From positions 10,168,001-10,232,000 of the forward strand of contig NC_083279.1 of the NCBI RefSeq assembly GCF_963506605.1: a DNA stretch of 64,000 nucleotides, in the 5' to 3' direction. The DNA comes from Zootoca vivipara. Lineage: Eukaryota. Shown piece by piece: positions 49,742-62,000 of the stretch; within the stretch, counting starts at the first letter, position 1, and each line of letters begins with the position of its first letter. Made by a program: the position numbers and the translations under genes. The notes beneath the pieces were generated by a model. It did no database searches. It saw nothing but the letters and a program-made list of their open reading frames with translations, and had not been told where the DNA came from.

Positions 49742-52700
49742 GTTCTCCTGTGCCCAAGTTTCATCCCTGGCTTAAATAGATTAATTAGTTAAATACAGTA
49801 TTTGGAGTGAGGTTTTTATTCTTGCTGATTACCCAATAGGAACAACCAACTTTTGATTTTTTTAGGATTCTACCATACATCTGTTTCTTCCCACTCCAAA
49901 ATGTAGCCACATAGCTTCCCACAGAAAACGAACGAACAAAAAACCCACATAGGCTGCATTTTGCACCAAATAGAACTGGGTGATGTACTGATACATTGTC
50001 CAGGACCAGTATGAGGGACAGACTGCGATGGCGGCTTCACTTGACAGTATATCACAAGTGAAACCACCACCACACTTGACTCCCTCCAGCTGGTGCTGGT
50101 ACCAGAGGGACTCAGGAGCAGCAGTGGTTTCACCAACATCTACCGCTGAATGAAGCTGCCATCCCACTCTGCCCTCATACCAGCAGAGAGAGAAACCAGC
50201 GGCATTGGCGAGGCACCGATACAGCTTGTTTCTCCCTCCGCTTCTTCAAACTGCTTGGCGGAGGAGCACATGGCTGCCCTTGCCTCAGCCAACCGGTTTT
50301 ACAGAGCCCCTGCCCTAACAACGGCTCACACAAGCCGGTGGCAGGGTGGGGGCTCCGTAAAACTGCTCCATTGAGGGAGGCGTGTGCAGTTGCCATTCCC
50401 CTAAGTCCAGCAGTTAACAGAGCCCCCAACCTGCTGCTGTGAGTCCCTTGCAGGGGATGGTGCCCCAGACCCCCTGGGTGTGTCCCACGGACCCCCAGGG
50501 GTCCCCTAATTGGGAACCATTGTGGTAAATTGTTGAAGATGATTCCATTTGTAGATCAAACACTTGGAGGGCGCCAAGTTAGAAAAGGCTACTTTAGACC
50601 ATAAAGCATCTATTAAAATCATTTTTGAAAGCCTGAATTCTCATGTGTGATCTAACAATACAACTTCCTAGGTCCCATTACCTTACTGTAGTAAGGAATT
50701 AGTGGTTTGGGGTCTTTCCACAACAGGGCTGACAGAAAACAGGTTAGAAATAGGTTGCAACCAAATCAGCAAAACTAAGGATAAAACATGAAAACAGCGA
50801 ATCTGTCATGAGCACCAAATGAGACAAAGCATTTTAATGCTCCTAAAGTTCTGTCTCTACGTTGCTTTTTGTCAGCTATGTCAGTGATATGATTATAATG
50901 ATATGCCTTTGTATGTGCTTCACCCAGGCAAAAATTCATACAAGCTTTCCTATAGTGTTCCTTGGGATGTATAGGCAGAGATGACTACAAGGCACTAGCT
51001 CAAACACTCTAACTAATATCCTGCTCCAATTATTTTTGGGTAAATTTACTTGCATGGAGACATAAGGGTATGCCAGCTGAAAGGGTGCACTGCTTTTTGC
51101 ATTGAACTACTGCAAATACACAAGGAGAATGAGACAAGAACAAGACATCAAAACAGTAAAGCATGCAACAATAATCAGACTGCAATCCAAACACGCTATA
51201 GGTTAATTGAGCAAAACGTAAAATGGGGTTTCCAGGAAAAATGGATTAATGAATGTGTGTGATTTATTCATATCACAACCAAGAAAAATGAACACAAACT
51301 GTGTGGGTTTTTTTAATAGAGAAAACATAATAAATTTAAGAAATAAACTTATGTTCGAGGAAGTCCATGGTTCACGACTTCTCCTCAAAAATGCAACACT
51401 GAACTTGAAGCAACACCTGGATAACATAATGTTCACTTGAGGATAACTTTATTACACTTAAAATGTAGGGAACGATCCAGTCAATGTTAAGCACATCTTT
51501 CCCACTGGAATTAAATTAAAAATTATAGGTGCTCACGTTTTGCTGGACCATGCATTATTCTCAGAAAAGAAAATTCCAACTTGATACTTTTGCTCTTCTA
51601 TGGGCATGTGTATTTTAAAACATTTCTTAATTTTAAAATTCTATGTTCTAAAGTTGTATACTGCTCTTTTTTACACTAGATGTACTAGTCTGACCTCATT
51701 TATCTGCTGTAGGAATACTAAAATGACACAAGTAATATCCATATCAAGAGCCACTAACATAGAAAAGTTTGGGGTTGCAATACATTTCTACATGCACATT
51801 TCTACAATTGCCACAATGATTTCCATGGCAATTATACGTGTATAGATACTGGTAAGCACTCAGCTTCTCACTAGTAGGGTACTTTTCACATTACACTCAA
51901 ATGCTTAATTTAAAGGTGCTAAACCACCAAAACAAAAACAATTTAATGTATAGTGTTACAGTACTGTATAGAATTTTGATTTAGAATCTAACTATACAAC
52001 TTTCATGTCAGTACAAGGACTCAATCTGATTCCAAGTGCTGGTACATCAGACACCACTAGTTCTCCTGTTCTGGTGTTTGTGCAGTGTTTTCTGGAATAA
52101 GGAGGTTCTGTCAACGAAAAGCTTTACTTTTTACAGGGCAAACTACAGTTGTGACATGGAATGTGACACTGATCAAACTGTAAAAGTCAGTCAATACTGT
52201 GGTTTCTCAAAAGTATTTGCTCTGAACAGAATGCTTAGAGTGTGATGCTATTTTTATAGAAGCAAGCATTTTTGATGCATGTCCACGATCTCCAAACAGT
52301 TCTTCAAAACTAGCAGTTTTCACTACAACGTACAATTATTATAACTCAAGCCCATCTTGTTCAACAAAGGCTCAGTTTATTATTATTTCAATCCTGATCC
52401 TACAACAAATAAGCAGCACCTGTTTTATAACTCTGAGCCATATACTATAATTAAAGTCTCATATAAATTAAGAATTCCTGCACCGATGAATTGCCTCCCG
52501 GTTTTTTGAAGTAAATATACTGGAACTACAAATACAATGGAAAACACACCCAATATTCAAAATGATAGAAAGAAAATAATTAGTAGAAAATTTACCTTTG
52601 TTGTTTCCAAGGCCATAATCAAATCCTTGTCCATTACTACACCCTGTCCCCTTATTGAAGGTTTGCAGTGAGAAAGGACTTGGTGGGGGAGTCTGACCAT

Positions 52701-52979
52701 TCTGATCTATAAAAGCTTGTTCTGTAATTGCAAGAAACAAAACAAACACAAAACTGCTTCAGAATGTAATTTATGTCTTTAGAGTGGGAATGAAGACCAA
52801 AATATATGTACACAGGAATGAAGGTTTCAATTAATAAATCACTAAAGTAGTAGTAACATGTCTTCTCTAAATTAAAATTAGACTATAGCCGTGCGCCCCC
52901 CTTGAGTGTCTATGTGCAGAAAGGGGCAGCAGGGTCCCTCATCCAATATCCGTGGGTGCACATCTGAGAAAGGGAATCC

Positions 52980-53033
<54 letters not shown>

Positions 53034-56000
53034 ATTTTATTTATACCCGCATTTGCTGATAGTGGAGCTGGAACCCTGTGTGATCAGAATTCCAACTCTT
53101 GTACAAACCTACAGACACAGGTTTCCCCTTCTCAGACATCTGTTCCCACTGCTTGGATGCCAAAGCCATCCCCATTGTGTGGGGTCAGGAGTGCAATCCT
53201 GTTTGGCCTTGTCTATGAGTGGCCGCCCCCTTCCTCACAATTAATGCATGAAAAGGGCTTCCATGGTCCTATGCCCGATTTCACTCCAATAAACTATTAG
53301 AAGTCATTCCATGGTAAACGTACATCACTTTAGACTACCTTAATAAAACACTTTGCCTTCTAAATTGTTCACAATGTTTAGGATTTCCTTTCAAATATTT
53401 TAAACACTGTTCTGACTCTTTAACTTGGGAAGATTCACCTGGTCAGCTCAAACTAGCACAAGAATATGGCCACATACCTCTGTTAAATGAAGAACTTTGG
53501 GTACCAGTACACTCCTCTGTTCTTTCTGGGTTTTTTATGCTAAATCCTTAGATTATTTACATCTCTGCTTTGTATTGTTTGTGTGCTTACGTTTCTATCT
53601 TTTTGTAAAAATTAAGGAGACTTGCCATCTTCATGCCGGAGATATTGGTTTCCACCTCTGTCTCTAGCTAAGGACCACGCATCGCCTTCATCACTTTCAC
53701 AGAACTCTACCATGCTGTTCTTATCCATCTGCACCCATGTCCCTTCAGAATTAGTCACCTGGTACATACACACACAAACACACACACACACATAGAGAGA
53801 GAGGCACATTTAATTTACTTTTCAAATTATCCACCAATGAGATGCAGCAAAATGTTTCCATATGTGAAAAAGAGGCTCTTTTCTGTCATGGAAAGGCAAC
53901 AGACAAAGTGCAGAAGAATAAGGAAGAATAAAAAGCATTTGTATTCATAGAAGGTTTAAGATGATTAGTATCTTCAGTGTGTTAAGACTGGATTATATTC
54001 AGAAGAAAAGAATAAACAGAGCACCAAACAAGCGTCCAGATACACATAGCATTTGATACCCGATAGAATGCAAGGGTCGAATTTTTATTTATTTATTTGA
54101 CACATGAAGCAGAGAAAGCTTGGCATTGACACCAGGTATTTAATATTCACAAAGTTGCTATCATGTCCTGTGTGCTGTTTGAGAAAAAATCATAGCATGA
54201 CACACTACATCCTCAAGCCCATTGCAATAGGAGAGCACCAAAGCACGATCAACTGCATGCAACAGCTGAATCAATACCAAGAAATAAGATAATTGAGTTC
54301 TGTTGTATCCCCAACAATAATTCATTGGTAAACTCTGAAATATGCATTAAACATTGTCCTTTAATAAACCCACATTTTAAGCAAGTGTACAAGTTCAATC
54401 AATGTCTGATAATGAAATATATGACAAAGGCAAAAGTGGTTTGCATCAGTTTACAGCATAAACAACCTTTAGGAAGTCAACACTTTGCAACCAAGGGCGG
54501 AAAAGCAAACCTTGCGTAGGATAGCTGCTTTTCTTACGATTGCTACTATTATAAACCAGTATCTATGAAGATAAGAACTGAAGCTACAAGGATCCATACC
54601 TCGCCCACTGCCTTGACTTTGTTTCCCAGAACTAACATTCCAATGGGGATACCTCTAAGGTTGGGACAGCTTCTGACGTTGTGACCTGAGGGGCCGGTCT
54701 TCACTACCTTATATACTCCAGGCCCACCACGAATGAACGGCATATCTGGTTCCTGCATTACCGCTTCCTGAGGGCAGTGTGAGTTTAGGTCTTTGAAAAA
54801 GTCATCTGTGTTAGATCTAGACTCCTGAAAATTTTAGAACAAAAAAACCAAATAAATAAATAAATTCCTGTTAATAATGCCTTTGTACTTTTCAACTAAG
54901 CCCAACTCTTTGTTAGACCTGAAATAACTAAGGTCTCATCCTAAAACACTTAACAGAGCACATGTTAAGCTATCATTTTCCATATAAGACAGGAACTGAA
55001 CTTGCAATACTCACTATATTACTGCTGAACACGAAGAATGAATGATATAAGTACATATATAAAAATAAAAGGCACACATTTGCAACATGAACATTTGGAG
55101 CAATTCTTCCGCCATGATTAAGAAAGATGATACAAACACAGGAATTAACACACAAGACTATGGCCAAGTAAAAGTATTCATGCAGGAGAGTGCAAGAAAG
55201 AGGGGGGGGGGTTGGTAGAGGGTATTTATGCAACTGTTGGATACATTCAACACCAAGCTATAAAGCATCACATATGAGCCTTCTTCTGCAGAATGTAAAT
55301 TGATATTACCTAAATGAATTAATGCTGCATATTCTCTGCATTTTTGCGAACAAATATGTTATTTGGAAGTTTGTTAACCAATTCTTCCAGGAGAATAGTA
55401 ATGGTAGGCAAGCTTGCCAAAGAATAGCTTGCCAGTCATTGCCAGCTTTCTGCTGCTGTGTGCAGCTACAGGGAAGTGTGGCATGTGTTCTAGGTAGGTG
55501 CCCTCAATTCCTGCAGATCGATGGTGGGATCTAACAGGATTGGTAAGTACCAATGAATGCTGAGCATGCGCATTAGGACACATCAGAGTCTCCAGCAGCG
55601 TGAAGCAATTGCTCAGCAGATGTCAATGTGGAAATAGTATCCTTGAAAGTCTGAAAACCACCAATTTGAATGTTTAGATGGCTCATACTCCACAATGCCC
55701 AAAATACTTGTACACAAGAGACTCATCCTGACAGTTAAGAAAACTCACCTGAGGGGGGAAAGGTTTAGAAGTCCATGAGAACAAGTCCAAATCCCTGACT
55801 CCTTGGCTAGCATTAAAGATATTCTATGTAAAGTTTAAGATAGACACATATCAACAGAGAATTGGAGCATTAAGACAGCAGCAGAAGAAATTAAGAGATG
55901 AATAGAATATTTGCTTTATTTTATTTTATTTTTTCTGCATCCTTGCAAACAACAATCATTTCTTTTCGCAAAAAGGTACTCTTAAAATGAAGTCAGCTGA

Positions 56001-59000
56001 GCCCACTGTTCATCATGGGAGAAACAATCTGTTGAAGACAAACAGCTTATACTGACAGCTCTAAATGATGTAGTGTGTCATGCCATTCGCTGAATAGAAA
56101 GATTCTTTTATATAGAGCTTAACACGTTTTGTGAGAGGCAATTCCCATTCTCCTGTCTGAATGAGAATACAAGTCCTATCAAAAGCCAGATTTGTTTTAT
56201 GAAAGACAGTCTGCCACTTTGTGAAGATTTGTTTTCTTTTTCGGGGGTAGGGGGGGGCATGGGGAGGCGGAGAGAGGGAAAAGATTGTGTGGACACTCAG
56301 CCACCTATTTGCAACTGGAAAGGTTTAAAACGTAGCTATCAGTACTCAGAAAACTTTGGAAAGCACCAAAATGCCATGTATCCAAAACCATAGTAACAAA
56401 ATACACCAACATGTGAAACACAGAGTACTCTAAAAAAGAAGAAAGAAATAAAAGAAATGTATTTACCACTTTAAGACGGATAAGGGATGCACACATTAAA
56501 ATATGTTGATTTTGGTACCTTGCTAGTTTTTGTACTAGTCTAATATATTTGGAAGAAAAACTGTTATTTAGCTCAGCCATTTCCCCATTTATTTTTGAAG
56601 ACTGACATTAGGCAGATGGGGAAACGTACCAAACACTTTAACCAGCTTTTAAAAATACATTTTAAAAACCCACACAAAATGAGTAACACATAAAATAAGG
56701 AATTTGGCAGTTTAACTCAATCTCCATTTAGTTACAACTGGGGTCATGTTCAGGTCATACATAATTTCTCTCTAAATACATGTTCTTTTAAGGAAAAGTG
56801 GCCAGATTAGTTTGATGACAGGTTTTGTTTTACAAAAAAAGTAATTGTCCAGCACATCCATTTTGGATGAGATACTTGTAGCCATGCATAATATTCCATG
56901 CAGGCACTGAGGTCTCACATCCCCCCACCCCACCCCCCCAAAAAATGCTATTGAAGTTTAGGGCAGGACTGAAAAGGTACAAAGAGTTGAAACTGAAAAT
57001 AAAAAAAATGGGAAATCCCTCTCCCCTACCCATCAGAAGCATTTTCCACTCACAGGTGGGGCTGTTTTGATCTTGTAAATAAATCCAGTACTTACACAAA
57101 TAAGGTGGCTGATGACCTTTTTGTTCAAATGGGTCAATGAAATATATCAATTTTGTACACATCTAAAAATACAACATTTGTTGGAGTAAGTTGTGCAAAT
57201 TTTAGATGAGATTTAATTTAAAAAAATTGAATAAGAGGTTAGACAGCAGACTTTCCACACATAAAACAACATCAAAATATTGTCCCAGGGTGCTCTTTGA
57301 AACATACACTTTTATTATTATTGTGATATATGAATTATGCAAAAAGCAATGAAAATGAAATTAGCAGGTCAGAAGCAAGTGGTGACTGCAATGAGTATTG
57401 AAAATGGATGCATTTATTTGTGTAAGCGTTAGGATTCCATGTTTTTCTAACATATAATCTTCTCCGTCACTTTTAAAGAATGTGCATGCATCAAGCACAA
57501 TAGAAAGCTTCCAATATGGAACTGACATTCCTACTCATTCAATGTTAGTATTTGCCAGACACCTTTAAGTTGTCAGTATACATTCTTTACAAATCCAATC
57601 TGCAAAGAAGTGCTCCTAGCTTTCAATTTCTCACAAATATTTTATGTTGTTAAGTCTAAAAGATAAACTTTTCAACAATAATGTTTGCCTTCAACACATC
57701 AATAAACTACAGCACAGTGCTTTTATTTCAAAATTTGCATGGTGCAACCTTGTTTTTAGAACAGCTTTCCTCTGAAGAGATCTAGACATAGCCACACTTC
57801 CATTTCTGTGTGCCGCTAAGGGATTTTTTTGTACAGAAATCAAGATACCTAGGAGTGATACAGACCTGTACAACTCTTATTATGTCCCTGACCACCGTAT
57901 ATTGGAGTTAAACAAGGAAACTGTTAAGCAAGCTCTCTGGACTGTCATTCTTTTAAGAAGAGAGATGAAAGGAAAGAAAGTAGTAGTACTGAAATTCCTA
58001 GGTATTAGCATTTTAGATTTGCAAAGTATGGTATAAAAGGAGCACTTAAGCTAGAGTTTTCTTCCTAGCTACTACTCCCCAAAAGCAATGATAAGAAGAT
58101 GACCAGCATAGCCATGCTGCCAAAATCGGAAGTTTTACAAATATATTTGAAGAAGTGATCACGAACCAATAATAAAACTGTTGGGTGCTAGGCCTCATCA
58201 GCCTAAGAAAAGGGAAGCGAAAGGCACAGGTCTACAACTAAAATCCAAGAGAAAATTCAGCATGTATGCAGACAGCCAAGGCTACATTTAGCAACTAAGC
58301 AGGCATAGCCAGGAATGACTGTGGTCCATAAACAATCAAAAATCAAAGACTTTGTACTATAGCCACTATCAGGTCAGCAGTAACCAATGGGTATGGATGG
58401 GTCACTAGTGGCTGGAGTAATGCTGGAAACTGAGCACATATCATAACCTAGGGAACATTCCTTGTTGGGTCATCACACAGGACAGCAGAACACAAGTCGG
58501 AAGGTTCCCAGTTCTACCCTGTCACAAATGCAGAGGTTTGCCATTCATCTCAAAAATACACACCAATCTGCTTAACCTTTCTCAACTGTCAAATGCACAC
58601 GAAGGAACTATTATTATTATTATTTTAATGTACAAATGTGACTTGGTTAGATCACTATGATGCCTTCAAGCCGGTAAAATGTCCCTGACCTTTTAAGAAG
58701 GTAGCTTATTACTTAAGTTGGAGCAGTATACTCTTCCACCTTTAAAAGAGGTTCCCTTGAAGCAAGTGGTTGCTATCATCATAAAACTTTCCCACTAGAA
58801 GCCACTAACTAGCTCACTAATGCAACACACCCTACGGAAGCACCGGGTTGTATCCAATGGTGCAGTCCCACCTGTGCAAGAGACTCCCACAAAAGAACAC
58901 CCTCATCCGCCTCTCCTCTGCAGCCCCACCATCAAAATCAGGTTCAGAAGGTTGGGGAATCCTCTGGAGCAGATTTTGGGGGCATGTGGATAGAGGGTGT

Positions 59001-62000
59001 TGTGTAAGTAGAACTCTGGTCGCACTTGCCTTTGATTCAACCTGTTGTTTCCATGCTACCACTGTTTGTAGCTTTGCATATATATGTTCTCATATATATG
59101 TTCTTCTTCATTCAAAGCCCTCTTTCAATGAAAATGACAGGCTTTCCAATGTCTTTTATCTCTTGCCCTGTCAGCTTTGTCCATTCACATATTTGAACCT
59201 GTGCCATTATATTTCCACACCCTTTCATAAAGTAATAATGAAGATGTACTGAACAAATTCTACCAGCAGTAAAAACTACCTTTCCCTATTCTTAACTCCT
59301 TACAGATGCAGTATCTTAAATCAGTGGTATCTATAATATGTTACAGTCAGTAATGACAGTGTAGTAAATACTCTTATTCAATATTTCAGAGTTCTCTCAC
59401 AGCAGGTCCTCAATAATGTGACCGAATCAAGACATATTTTATCAGTTTCAGTTTAACCAAATCTCTTTCACACACATATATATATTTGCTATGGGCTGGT
59501 GTAGATATAACCCAAGCACAACTTCACACAATTTCCCCCTTTCAAGCGCAATTTGCCACCCTTCCTTGACAGCCCTAAGCCAGATTTGAAATCAGGGTTA
59601 GTGAATGCCAATATACCACAGTTAAGTGAGATGACAAATTAAACCCATACAAGTAAGAATAAATTACTATAGCATATCCAACTATTATTTAAAAAACTCT
59701 AATAATCTTAAAGTACCTAGACGTATTGCTTGAGGGGTCACTTCCCATTGTAGAAAAATGGTATCAGTATGGTATCCAAATAAGAAAGAAATATTTCTGG
59801 CAGCAGCGGGTCTTTATAACACTTTGATCAAATTGCTTTTGAAACTACAGCACAAGCAGTACAGGATATGCATTTATGTTACATATTAGTCAAATATAAA
59901 GGGTTCAGATGATAGCACAGTCCCACCTTAGCTAAGGTTCCAACAGCTAATTGCCTCCTTTGGAGGAGGGGGAAAATACTTTCAAAAACCTGAATTGCTT
60001 CATCATCAGCATTATTGTTGATGTTACAGGACCTAAAATTGGTTAATGGGAATGATTACCCTTATAGATGAGATGGATGAATGAATGATGACAACCTTAA
60101 AAAAATGATTGAATGAATGAGTGCACTATAATATTCTTCAAAATTGTATTTTACTTACATCAACAGGGACCAAAAGGCTCTTGCCAAGATGCTGGTTAAA
60201 GGAAAGGCACCAGGCTTCAGTGTAACCATTCATATTTGGAACATATTTCCTTATTGTCTCATCATTCAGCCGTAGCCATACACCATCATCATTGTGAATC
60301 TATGAAGAGTAAACACAAGCCAGGCTACTTAAGCAGCAGATGATAACAGATTAAAGATCTAGCATAATACAGCTGCATGGGAGGTAAACATTTGGCCTAT
60401 TTAACTAAAGCTTTTAAAAAAGGCTCAAGAAATTTAAAGCAGATGAATATTAGGGATGAATTAAGAAGAAATGTATTTAAAGAGCAACTTCCTAATGTAT
60501 CTACAACAATGCATCGTGATATGGGACACCACTCCAGAAAAGCAGCTGATGTACCACTGTTGCAAACAGCAACTTGAAAGCAACATGTGTCTCAGGATCA
60601 GATCGTGAAAATAATTTTTACTATGAAGGTAAAGAATGGCTGGAAATGCAACGTTTAAAAGGCATATTAAGGAACCAAATTATGCCATGCTCACAATGAT
60701 TTGCAATCATTTTAAAAAAAATTACTGCAAAGAGCTGGTTTTTATTTTACAAAGTAATAGCTACAAAGGAAACATTCCAATTCTTTGTAAAATATAAATG
60801 GATTGTTTTCAGAAATGGATGACTTCTTTTAAAGCTAAAAATGAAACATTTCATTTCTGAAAAATCAACAGAAACTTTAAAAGGTTAACAGGATAAAATA
60901 AATAAATATCTACCTCAATTTCGCCAAAAAGCAATCTTGCAGTCTGTAGCATGAGTTTAAAGCAACACAGAAAGCAAAATGGCTGGTTAATCATATGGCC
61001 TGATGCAAGTACATGTCCTTTTATCTAACTTTTGTGGCAAATACCCAGAACATGCACTCAAGTAGCATTTAAGATTTTTCTCCTGTGAACAGCAGGCCCC
61101 CATATCACAAATTGCTTTTGAAAGTATTCCATTTCAAAAAGGCTTCTGTGGCCTAGCATGGCTCCTGGCCCGAAACACTGAAGTTCAAAATCCATGTGAG
61201 ATTAGTCATGGCGTTCTCTGGATTCTGGTCTGTATATGCAAGTGGTAATTTAATCTAGATCTCATATCCATATAAATTTATTGCAAGTTACCTCATCAAT
61301 AAAGGTAATGGATCCATTGACTTTTACTATGCCTATCTGCTCACTCTGAAGGGAAGGGTGACTACGGATACGCAGCCCTGCACTGTCCTTGGCCACAAAT
61401 TTGCGAACCTAAGAGAAGCAAAGAGACAGTAAGGCAGAGAAACCTGGAAAAGGGCTCTTAAAAAAAGAGAATAAAGATACAGCTTCAGATTATGGAAATC
61501 CACAGAGCTCAAGAGGAAAGCCTCCTAACAGCTATAGTCAGCTGCAAAGCTCACCCAGACAGATGAACAAGAAACAAAACAAAAAATCAAAGTCTGTTCT
61601 CTTTTGGAAGCCATGGAAAAATAAGGCTGTTATAAAAGTCACTCAAACACACATTGACCAACAGAAATAGATATTCACAGTTTACTTTAAATCAGATATA
61701 AACAGTAGTCACTGTCAACTGAATGAGATGAGAGACTGGGATATTCCAGCCTAGTTGTAAATGCATGTATGTAAAACCGACAGGAGCTACTCCTGTTCTA
61801 AAAAGCTGTTGGGCAACAAAGCAACCACTAGGACTTAACATCTGCTTCTCTGGTTTTTCATGTACAAATCCTAATGATGTTGGTGAGACCTATCCCCACA
61901 TAACTCATGTTAGAACTGCACTTAAATCTGGATGCCTTAAAAAAAACACGAAGCAGAACTTTGTTTTGGAGTCCTGGGGATACTGAGAAGTTTATAGGAA

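Noticed and set aside
58872-59041. AG...GT-bounded open segment (VESKASATR...)
   Set aside because: No pyrimidine tract at the acceptor, and 170 nt would shift the frame.
59717-59844. Possible stop-containing exon after the VPVD exon
   Set aside because: Weak donor (GTACTT) and no other support.
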